Assembly (NCBI RefSeq): GCF_003918875.1
Contig: NW_025766370.1
Coordinates: 1,116,001 to 1,180,000, forward strand
DNA from: Haliotis rubra
Taxonomy: Eukaryota
Direction: 5' to 3'
DNA: 64,000 bases
Shown here: one piece after another, positions 53,140 through 64,000 of the stretch
How positions within the stretch are numbered: the first letter of the stretch is position 1
Layout: every line of letters starts with the position of its first letter
Notes under the pieces: model-generated
Told to the model about the DNA's origin: nothing
Databases searched by the model: none
The model's input: the letters and a program-made list of their open reading frames with translations, nothing else
Translations under genes and position numbers: made by a program

Positions 53140-53260
53140 TCCAAATGCGTAGGTCAATGCTCATGCTGTTGATCACTGGATTGTCTGGTCTATACGCGAT
53201 TATTTACAGACCGTCGCCATATAGCTGGAATACTGGTGAGTGTTAGATAACAAACAAACA
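53140..53260 (+). mobile_element. 3' fragment of SINE S2 (duplicated at ~63820-63946)
   Basis: gctcatgctgttgatcactggattgtctggtc...atatagctggaata. Confidence 0.8.
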
Positions 53261-54044
53261 AAATACTAAGTCTTCTGTCCTGAGTAACACTGAAACCGGT
53301 GTTATCGAAACTAGGAGGTCATTTGTTGTTATCGAAGTAGCCCGATCAGCCAGATTGGATGGAATCTCCCAACAAACTCTTTGGGCAGCATTCTTCCACT
53401 GGAGAAAGATAATTGAAATGCACATTGATTTCGTTGTGGGGTATTAATGGATGGTAATGAACACAGTTTCTTTACTACAAAACATCTTCGTAATCTGATA
53501 CAATGAACAAAATGAATCCACATGCTACTGTCACATTTCATGAAGAATAAATAACATGACACAACTGACGTTTTTATTTAAGTGGAAATGAATGTGAACC
53601 AAACATGTCAGCCATTGATGCAGTCCTTGTAAAGAAAGTCAGGGACCGAATGTTTGTCTCCTGAATTTTGCTTTTGATTTGACAGCAACATCAGAACTTG
53701 TGTCAGATCACTGAACGAAATTAGAAATTCTGCACATGCCGACGTCCTGGTGCCAGGGAGATCTGAATGCCGGTCACACTTAACGTGAAATTTGACCCTT
53801 GTCGTGTTAAATCAAGCCTTGTCTGATTTTAATCGGTAACACTATTGCACCGGAGGTCAGTTTCGCCGACCATTAGCGGTCCTTCGCATCATATAATCAG
53901 TGTAGTCAATCCGTGTTTCTAACGTTGTCCTGCAATGTCAATGCTCTTAGCTCTTTCACCGTGCATGGATCGCTGGGCTGTGGAAGAGTGTAGGCGATGT
54001 CGTGATTGGATATTGGAGGGGAATAATTTCGCCTGAGGAAGTGA

Positions 54045-54400
54045 GGTGAGGTGAAATTGGGTTTAACGTCGTGCTTGAGAATAATTCGCTCATATGACGA
54101 CGTGCATGTGTGTGTATGTGTATGTGCGGCTGCTTGTACTAGCCCAGACTGAAGCTGGTTTTATAGTGCTAGTCCACTGAGATACCATGCCGCAGTGAAG
54201 CAGGAATACCCTACCCAGACACATTATACTGACTCCGAGCCGACCAGTCCTTGTTGTACCCATTAATGCCGAGCGCCAGGCAGGGACAAACAAGTACGAT
54301 ATTTTAACGTCTTTTGGTATGACGCGGTCGGGGATCGAACCCGCGACCTTCCGCTCTCCGGGCGGACGCTCCTAACTTTCACTACACCACGGAGGCGGTC
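54045..54400 (-). mobile_element. Full-length tRNA-derived SINE with a Meta/MESC-like central domain and 14-16-bp TSD
   Basis: Reverse complement head gaccgcctccgtggtgtagtg...ggttcgatccc; core cctggcgctcggcatta...ggctcggagtcagtataatgtgtc. TSD gcctgaggaagtga at 54031-54044 and 54401-54414. Confidence 0.88.
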
Positions 54401-56464
54401 GCCTGAGGAAGTGATCACGGAACATGTCGAACGTACCAAAGGGGATGGTTCCCAATATTTTGGTTAGCTTCTCCTTTAATAATGTTTCCAACAAAAGCAC
54501 TAATTATTATGTCCTGAAAGGTGAAACAGGTGGTTTTCTGTTTGCTGCTTAGGACCAGTCACTCGACACACGAAACGTAGATGTGTGATGTTTAACCAAA
54601 ATGTAAACATGAAATGTAGATTATGTAATAAGACTGTCCAACATGAAGCCAACTGATGCACAAACACAAATCGTTCGCGACGTGTTGGCGTGTCTCGTTT
54701 GTTTGACTGGGATTCTGGGAAATAATTTGTCAACAATATATAATGCTTGTGAGTTTCACTGCAAAATGCTTCTTTATCCGAGCCCTCGTGATGTAACGGA
54801 GATACGGTCCAACACTGCGCTGATTCAAAACATCACTCTCTGCTGCACGCTACCATCCTTTTTCGAACCAACCAACACAGACCCATTTGTTCCAGATTAG
54901 CCGGTTGTTTCAAATCTATGTCTTAGCCTCGTTTGTAAACGAAAGCAATCGATGTTAAACAGGTCATAGTAGAGGAATCGCCGAAGCCATATGAAGAATC
55001 GTTTTGGAAATATGAACGTTTAACCCAGAGATCTCTTAAGCGATCGAAGGAAGCTCGGTCGTGGGTCACTGTGGTAAGGAGAGTACTGAAATCAAAACTA
55101 CTTACTATGTGGGGCCCAGTCTTACAAGCGTTCTACGACTGTTGTAAGCTATGGTAATGTATGCAAATATCATTCTTAAAAGACGATAGCTCAGTTGAAC
55201 GTTACTGTAGTGAAGTATGCTTATCGCATATCTATCGAAGATTGTACCGTTGTTGCGTTGAATGTGTTTCTGACGTGAACTTCCGGCGTGTCAGGAAGCG
55301 TCCAACTCAATTCCTTTTCTGCTTAAGTCGAGATTTCTCATGACTATGGAAATGGCTTTGTTGCTTATATTGTCTTCTTTTTAAGATAATTTACTTTTGC
55401 TGAGTAAATTGATTTTGTTGCTGCGAATTAATGAGCTTTAACGCAGCTATTAGTGATGGAAGAAGCTACAAGTTACGCACGTACATGTCTGAGACGTTTA
55501 AGAAGTCATAAGAAATATCCGAGTGAGTGAGTTTACGTTTGCATCGCGTTTCTAGCAATATTGCAGCAATATTACCTGGGGAGACGCTATGTGCTTCACA
55601 TTTTTCCCGTTCAGGGAATCGAAACCGGGTGTTCGTCATCAAGGGGGAACGCTTTGACCACTAGGTTACTCCACTGCCTCTAAGAAATGTTTTGAGGGCA
55701 AAGTCATTTCAAGGGCACTATGGGCCCGCCATGTCGTTGACAACCAAATATCACAACCAGGGCACGAATCCGAAGTCATTGGGCACACCTCTGCCTAAGA
55801 CAACCGGTTCATGTTGTAATTAATACCAATATGCGACTGTACAGTTAAAAAATCCATTTTTTCAAGAATTGACCATTGAATCAATTATTCATGCCTACAT
55901 TATCTGAATGGACTATTCAATAAATGGTTATTTGGAATTGAAGGAACTCATTTGTGTTTTGACATTCAAACAAATTATTTCAAATTTGGTGTCAAAAGGT
56001 GTCGTCAGCGGGACTAGAACCCTCATGGAAGGATTTAAGAATGTGTACTTGATATCCTCCAAGACCACCCATGACGAATGTTCAACAGATTGAATTGATT
56101 GAATTGTCTTTAAACAATGTTCATGTTATAGAAATATAAATGTCTCTTGGTTGGTGACGTATATGTAATCAAAATCAAGTCTAAAAGAGACAGTGATTGA
56201 CAAGAGTAAGCTCCACAAAGTGATGAAAGGGCTAAGGTGATCGTGATAGTAAACGTTCTACAGCCTTAGCGCTACCGCTTTGTGGATTAGGTCCGCAGCA
56301 ATCGGGGTACGATGACACACAATGAAATAAGTCACCAGCCTGACCATCGAATCCATTTTATCTCCCTGCACTTAAAGTGTAGTCAATAGAATTACCGAGT
56401 AGTATCATGACAGTGAGAATTCCAGTGTCGATTTTGAAACACGACTGCCTCGTAAACAGGACTG

Positions 56465-56681
56465 TACAATATAGAACACACTTTATGGATAACAACTTCT
56501 TTTATTCGTGAGTGCGACGTTTCAATACAGAATCGTGTACCGTTGTACCGTTGTCAAGCTTGACAACGGTACAAGAATCTGTATCGAAACGTCGCACTCA
56601 CGAATAAAAGAAGTTGTTATCCATAAAGTGTAATTCTATATTGTAACTTCCCAACTTCTAAAATGCCACTCAAAGAAGAAG
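56465..56681. mobile_element. Second fold-back Penelope-like end, different subfamily
   Basis: ~90-bp arms centred on tcaag|cttga (56558/56559). cttgacaacgg...cgaaacgtcgc-AATAAA and the tail cttctaaaatgcca are shared in layout with the 50.1 kb element. Flanks caggactgt / caggaccgt. Confidence 0.6.
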
Positions 56682-56989
56682 CAGGACCGTGTTGACAGAG
56701 AAAATGGCGAAGGATCAGCATCTCTTGGATGCTGTCCTTAGTCTATTTTGAACCTAACCAGCCGATGTTTTATACCCGACTTTACTACCGCAAAACTAAC
56801 ACAGACGTTTTTCTGTACATAGTAAAACCTACTTAATGGATCGTGGCCTCGGAAGACGCACGCCTGGTATCCGCTTTCAGCGAGACCTGGGTGATGACAG
56901 TTTTCATCATACTACTGCTTGTTGTTATAGGTGCTAAACTGAATCCCCAGATCATTGACCCAAACATTGGTATGTTTCTCCTAAAATGA

Positions 56990-57550
56990 AAAATGACGTG
57001 AGATGTTTCTTCAAGGCTCTAAGTTTTTTTTTCCTTCTTCCCCGTTTCGCCGGGCACCTAATTTTCATTTTGGTGTTAAGGAATAAATACATTTCTTATC
57101 CGCTGTAACCGCTGTGGATATGTATGAAAATTTGACAATATAAATACTCTCAACTTTCCTTGCACATTCATAAAATCGGGTCAGCTTTACCTTTCTTCAT
57201 CTTATTAAACATTTATTCCAAAGCAAGGTGAAATGATTTATTTCATAAAATGTGAAAGGACGGATTTCTTTTTGTTTTGTTTTATTGTCCAACATAGCAC
57301 TTGCAAAAAGGAAAATGACTTGAGATGTTTCTTCAAGACTATACTTTTTTTCTTTCCCATCTAGCAGGCACCCAACTTTCATTTCAGTGTGAAGTAATAA
57401 ATACATTTCTTTTTAAAAAAACGCAAAAGAAACGTAACAAGACGTGATAAAATAAATGCTCTCATCTTTCCTTGCACACTTATAAAAAAAACAGGTCAGC
57501 TTGATCTTTCTTCATCTACAGTATTCATCATTGATTCCGAAGCAAGGCTA
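56990..57550. repeat. Old ~320-bp tandem duplication
   Basis: aaaatgac.tgagatgtttcttcaag...aataaatacatttctt...ctttccttgcaca...ggtcagctt occurs at ~56990 and ~57312. Confidence 0.7.
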
Positions 57551-57579
57551 TTGTATCATGAATTATTTTAAGGCCGAAT

Positions 57580-57793
57580 TTGTTTGTTTGTTGTTCAACA
57601 CCGCTCTCAACAATATTCCAGCTATATGACGCTAAATAATCGAATCCGGACCAAACAATTCCATGATCAACAGCATGAGCATCGATCTGTGCTTCTGGGA
57701 TACAATGACATGTGTCAACCAGGTCAGCGAGTCTGTTAGTCGCCTCTTACGACAGGCATGGATTTGATAAAGACCAATTCTAATCTTCACGAG
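57580..57793 (-). mobile_element. SINE S2 (another degenerate copy at ~60775-60915)
   Basis: S2 body motifs present. Confidence 0.8.
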
Positions 57794-59752
57794 TATCTAA
57801 GGACCACTTTCAAGTGATCTACATCTGAAAATGAATTTCTCATTCAGTGTACAATATTCTAAAACAAATTGTATTAATAGTTTCGCACACCCGCTCTCTT
57901 TCTCATCGAGGATGGAGATGAGTAACACATGCAAAAATGTGGATAGTTTACGATATAGGTACACACTTCCCCCCGATCATTGTCGGTTGCACATTTGTAG
58001 ACTACGCAAGGGTTTTTATGGGCAATGCAAGCGGCAAACCCTTTCCATATTCCTTATCTCTACTAAAAGCAAACTCGATCGTCAATTCCGACTGCATCAT
58101 GAACGTGTTTGTTTTAATCAGAATATATTATATTTTCGCGAAAAAGTGCGCGTATCCTACCCAACTGGCAGCACATGTCAGAAACACAAGCAAAGGCAAG
58201 TCAATTATTCACATAAAGTGAAAATCCCAAGACTGTTTCTCACGAGTTAATATAGGAATATGTGTCAAGTCATTTCCTAGTGTTTGTGAAACGGCCAGAG
58301 TATGCTGTTCCTTTTGTAGCGTCCATCACAAACACAAAGGCAAATCAACTATTACATGGTGACATAATGGTGCAAGACAAAATAGCTTAACGCATGTCGT
58401 CGTTTGTAGGTGTTTGCGTAAAGGTGAAAACGTGCTCCTTACATATTTATAGACGAATACACCTGTATTCATTATCTAAACTTAAATATATCATATGGCA
58501 TTGTGTAATCACAAACTTAACTACTTTTAGAAGTGAGTCATTGCTTTCTCGTGTATAAAATGTATGTCATATAAGATATAAGTAATTCAGCTCGGGAACA
58601 AATACTTTCTGTAGTGTACTGACCTATAAGCCAAAATCTTTTGATAATATCCATCCTTTTAACATAAAGAACGGAACTGTGGTTTTATCTTTGTTAATCA
58701 TAGTTTGGGTCAAAATGCGGGTTTGTCTTTGGTAACAAAGCCATGCTGCCGTACCATTCTCGAAGATGAGATGTACCAAAGATACATTTAGAAATGGGGC
58801 TAAGCTAAATGATGGCTTCAGTAAATTGGATACTAGTATTTGAGGATAGGGATGAGGTGGAGCCTGGCAATTATGCTGAATTGATCAATGAGATGTATGA
58901 TACTTGCTCTCACTGAAACGATTTCGATTTTTGCTTTGAATCTGCATAAAATGTTAAAGATGGGAGATCATTGTGGTTCAAGATTAAAGGATTCTGATTT
59001 TAAAATGTGGGTTATAATTAGCAACCGACAAGAAAATCTAGGACGTTCTTAATTAATATTCTTGAAAACGCTGAATTGAAGGAACAACCATTATTAATCT
59101 TTGGAATAGTAAACATATGCATACTCTAAATACACCAGAGTTTCACATTTTTATCATAAAATTAGAAATTTAAATGGAAAATTACTTCGTAACTGATTTC
59201 AAAAGGCCAGTCTCCGTGGCAACTCGATGTAAGAATTTGCCATGATATGTGGCTTTCCTCGCCTCGTAGTTAAGAGGGTGCCGTGTTACAATCGACTCTG
59301 ACATGTCTTATGAATATGGAAAGTGTTCTGTCGATTATTTCCGTTACAGTGGGGGCTTTAAAACTCCGAGTCCTAACGCCAATGGTCTGTGTTGGATTTC
59401 CAAATTAATTTTCAAAATTATCAGCTCCGAGGTTCAACGCTTCTGCTCAATCCCACTGGTGTAAAAGGCTGGCACATAGCTGGAATGACGTTATGACCAT
59501 TTGAACAACGTTGCTACATGTTATGTCTTAACGTTACATAGTGGTTTGCATAGAGCCCAGGTCACAAATCAATTGTAATTTAGGTACGTTTGTCACTTCG
59601 AGCACGGTGACCATGTTTAGCAACTTGACTCTTAAAGGTTTCTTGGATTTCGTTGCCCCACAATGAAGCTACACGTAACACATGTAGTATTATGTGAGTT
59701 TGTTCAAATTTACCTCTGTCCACCCAGTCATATGACTCTTAACGTCTAGCGC

Positions 59753-59937
59753 CTCACAGGCAGCCTGGTAAACAGGGTGTAATCTCACAGGCAGCTTGGT
59801 AAACAGGGGGTAGTCTCACAGGCAGCTTGGTAAACAGGGGGTAATCTCACAGGCAGCTTGGTAAACAGGGGGTAATCTCACAGGCAGCTTGGTAAACAGG
59901 GGGTAATCTCACAGGCAGCTTGGTAAACAGGGGGTAC
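59753..59937. repeat. 31-bp minisatellite, six copies
   Basis: ctcacaggcagcttggtaaacagggggtaat at 59753, 59784, 59815, 59846, 59877 and 59908. Confidence 0.97.
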
Positions 59938-60976
59938 TCATATGATATTTTAGAACATTGAGCATACACTAGTGCGTGGATACAGGCGCCTTGTAATCAC
60001 TATTATCATAGTATATGCTTGGGAAGAGCTAGAAATCATACGGTGGGTGTTGCGTTCACAGCCATGCCTCGAGTCTCAACCCTGCTCTTTTGAACTCCCC
60101 TGTCCACCTTCTCATAGTGGCATTGAAAGAACTGACGGTGACCCTATGTTCCCATGAATGGCTATAAGTTTTTTCGGTAGGAGATACTTGATGCCAGCGT
60201 GGTACCCAACTTGTTATACATCTTTTCTGCATACTTCAACAACACTTTGTAAACGAATATGGTAGACATATGGAGGTAAAATTCAAATCTAATGAATCAG
60301 TGTAGGGTTTAGTTTCTTATATTGACTCGCCCCTGATTCTCCGGGTGAACAGTTGTCTTCCCTTTGCATGTGTTTGTTATGGGCGCTACAAACGTGACAG
60401 CAAAGGCTCACGTTTTCGTCAACACCTTATACATATACAAGAACTATATGATACACCTGGCATTATGACTATGCGGTGCAGTGATAGTGACTCATACGCA
60501 CACACTCATCTTTCTATCAGCCAGCTTCCCTTTACGTTAAGCAATAATAGTCACGATCCAGCCTTAGGTGTTGACATTTCACAACTTTTAAGGAACAATC
60601 AAACCAACTCTGTTTCCAATATTTCTAAGACTGCTTTTCGGTCCTTGATCAGTAAGCAGCCTCAGTAAAGCTTTCACAATGTTTTTCGAACACCCGGTAT
60701 CATGACTGTTTCAAAGTGATTCATAGATATAATGCTCATGGGTTTTTCGGAATTGTACGATCAACTCTGCTTTAGTTGGTTGGTCGGTTGGTTAATCAGT
60801 AATATAACAGCAATATGGCCACGGTCAGTAAATAATCGAGTGTGGATCAGACAACCCAGTGATCAACAACATGAGCATTTGGGATAAGATGACAGTTGTC
60901 AACCAAGTCAGCGATCTCTGCTTTTAGCAGAAATATAGTTCCTGTGGTTGTAGGAAGTGTCTAAGTAAGGGCTTAC

Positions 60977-61013
60977 CTGATGATGGGGCTAGAACAAGCC
61001 CTGAAACGTTGTA
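60977..61013 (+). ncRNA. Minimal hammerhead-ribozyme-like motif with the best-paired stem II
   Basis: CUGAUGA-U-G[GGGCU agaaca AGCCC]U-GAAA-CGUU-GUA; AACGUU palindrome in helix III. Confidence 0.6.
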
Positions 61014-62208
61014 CTCGAGAATAAAAGAAGACGTAACCCAGAAAAATCTCTATGTTCAGGTATGATATAAGCAAGTTTTTCGATTATACAACATGCTAAT
61101 ATACCATCTAATGATTGAAGTGTCTAAGTAATAAAAACAACGGTCCGGTATCTATTTATTTACATGGAAAGACCTACTGGACTGTTTCCAGGAGAGTCAA
61201 GGACGCCCGCCAGAATTAATGTCATTCAAAAATACTGTCGTGTGAAAAACGGTCAAAATAAGACATTCACATGCGTCAGCACGACAGCTTCAATGACGTG
61301 ACCGGCACCGTGTAACAATCAATGTTCAATAGTGAATTTAACCTATTTGTTGCAAATCTATTGCCGTGGGGATTGCCTTTTCAGATCTTCCAGAATCATT
61401 TTCAGCGATACGGTAACATGTATTTTATCATTGTTAAATCTCAGTTTTATCCCGAAAAGTACGTAGATCGCCTTTGGCATACTTGTTTAGTTTTCTATCT
61501 TAATCTTATAATGTACGTCCGTCAGCGACTCATGGGCCTCAGCGACTCTTTTGTATCTTAAAACAGTATTTTTACCTGCATCACAATAATGTAGTAACGA
61601 TAATATGAGTCGTCAAAAGGTGATCGTATCTGCCTCACTCGGGGCACATGTCACAAACACATGCAAGGGCGAGTCAACTGTTTACCTGAAACAATACGGG
61701 GATAGGGTCAGAAACGGGAATTCACGATCAAAATGCAGTTATAATAGGTACCAAAACCCAACTCCTCACTCTCTATACCGTACACGCAGACCCATCCGTC
61801 CACTCTCTCCTCCAAGGATAAGCCATCTTACTCGCATGATTCATCATTCTGTGGATCACCTGTCATTATCAGCCGAGATCGCTATGAAGCAATGCCCTAA
61901 GCACTGTTTCAACATTCTTTCAGATGACTGATCACCTAAACAGTATTAAGACGGAACAGGTTCATTCAAACCCCTCTTGAGACACATTTACTTGTAGTCA
62001 ATAAGGAATGCTGTCACAGTGAACGTATTCTAATGAAGAAGAAATGGCTTGGCGCTATATATTTGTCGCTAACAGAGGCCAGTATATCATGGCCACTACA
62101 GCAATTATCGGAATAGATATAGATGCAAATTCTTCTCTTCGAAGGGGCCAATTCCACGCTTTGCAACCCTGAAAGCATTTTACCTGGGGTTAACTATAAG
62201 TTGGTATA

Positions 62209-62601
62209 TACTACTCACACTTGGCTAAGGATCAGAGAAATTCACAACTTTACTGAAACGTAGATTTATTATTTAAAATTGTATCCATTTAAAAATAGAT
62301 ACATAATAATATGGTAAAACCTCTTCAGGCAAACAGTCACTTTCATAAACCTAATGCACCTGATACATGAGTAACCAAAATGGTTTCAGTGCACCAACAA
62401 ACCATTTGCAAATCATGGAACGAATCATTGACAAGTACACAACACCTGTCAATAGCAAGTATGTGATCCACAAGATGAAATGACATACTGAAACCTAGGA
62501 TCCATGCTTACAATAAGATTAGATATTTGAAACAAATTTGACCCCACATCATAGATTTCTGATGAATCCATGATTTGATCCTGAGCAAAGTGTGAATAGT
62601 A
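62209..62601. mobile_element. MITE (duplicate of 51520-51914)
   Basis: Same TIRs and flanks. Confidence 0.85.
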
Positions 62602-64000
62602 TAGTTAACCAACCAAGGCTATGTAGGTTGCATTAAGGCGAGTGTCAACGACTACAGTTCAAATATGTACTGATAATGTCATAAGAGTGTAAGTGTGGGT
62701 GATTACAAACAATTCTTTACGAGTGAAATACATCAGAATTAACACATATTCCTGAATCGCGAGAACGAGATGTATATTCTACTGATGTTAAACACTTTAA
62801 AGTGACGATATTGGTTAATGGTATATGTGTTACCATGTAACAGTTGTAAGTTCCTGGGCGCTAAGGTGATCGTAACTACCATACTTTAACATAGCCTTAT
62901 GACTGTCGTAGCGCCACGATCGCTTTGAGGAACGGGCCCTAAATCTCAATTTTTTTAAATGCGTTTTACAATTTACACAATTATGAAAGGATATGTTATG
63001 CGTTTAGAGAAAATAACACTTTCGTTGCATTTGAGGAAAGAGACTTAAAAGATTCATTAGGGACAAAGTTTGTTTTTCACACTGAATTGCTTCTGAAAAA
63101 AATGAGGAAAGTCTTATAGTGAATGCACCACTTCAAAGTAATAATGTTTGCTATCACACAAGACTTCAGAATGAGTTAAAATCATGACAATCAAAACAGA
63201 GATACTGAGGTTGTCTGAAAGTATTATCGAATATATACTCTTGTATTCCTCAAGGATACATTGCATACGAGGGAATGTATTTCATATTACTTCAAAATCT
63301 GACGTACATTCCACTTATCAGTACCTCCCCCGGGCTCCGTCCACGTAGCGAACGTAGCGCTAAGACCATCGTTACTCCAATACTAGTCACAGGCTTACGC
63401 CAGTCGTAGCGCCACACAGCCTTTCTGAACATAGCACAGGCCGTACTTTACTGGTTTCCAAGGCTGTTTTGCACGTTCCATTGGTTTGCCAGTAAAGTAG
63501 ATATGCTGTTTCCCTCATTTACGCATGGAGTCTTATTAATGTTTAGAAATTACATATTTTAGTTCTGTTTGTTTAAATGTGATATGGTATTTACTTTAGG
63601 CTGCTTCAGTCTTCAGACAATTTGTGCAAGTGTACGGTGGAAACACCTGTGAATTGATGCCAATCAAAATAAAATAACCATGTTAACCAGTTACAAATGC
63701 AATTATCATTTTGAACAGAAATAATAAGTCATTTTATAAAACGATAATGTCCAAACTTCCAGGGGTACTACAATAAATGTTTATGGAAGAAAGACAGAAA
63801 CATAGGACATATATGTCACCATATTCCAAATGCGTAGGTCAATGCTCATGCTGTTGATCACTGGATTGTCTGGTCTATACGCGATTATTTACAGACCGTC
63901 GCCATATAGCTGGAATACTGGTGAGTGTTAGATAACAAACAAACAAAATACTAAGTCTTCTGTCCTGAGTAAAACTGAAACCGGTGTTATCGAAACTAGG

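Larger units (their letters stand above)
50262..53320. repeat. Donor copy of the segmental duplication (offset ~10.7 kb)
   Basis: Colinear with 60972-64000, e.g. ORFs at 50905 and 61605. Confidence 0.95.
60969..64000. repeat. Second copy of the segmental duplication, running off the window end
   Basis: Matches 50262 onward; many differences are 1-bp homopolymer indels. Confidence 0.95.

Overview
AT-rich eukaryotic (metazoan) genomic DNA made mostly of repeats. The SINE families resemble gastropod mollusc repeats, possibly abalone; this is an inference, as no search was run. No intact protein-coding gene, rRNA operon, tRNA gene or CRISPR array is supported. Bases 1-30750 hold three tandem copies of an ~8 kb unit (A 1-8148, B 8149-16134, and an older, TE-interrupted C 16135-~30750) carrying decayed minus-strand exons with immunoglobulin-like motifs. 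Copy C contains a five-level transposon nest: Kolobok-like > Tc1 remnant > Harbinger-like > SINE > 66-bp hairpin. Further along are a full-length but dead DD34E Tc1 element (32291-33587), a 5S-derived SINE3 relic, a ~2.8 kb 39-bp satellite (40407-43167), and many MITEs and SINEs. Two fold-back Penelope-like inserts carry hammerhead-ribozyme-like motifs (50131-50353 and 56465-56681). A duplication offset by ~10.7 kb (second copy 60969 to window end) starts at the apex of the first palindrome. Ends of degraded repeats are approximate; TIR and TSD positions were read directly from the sequence.
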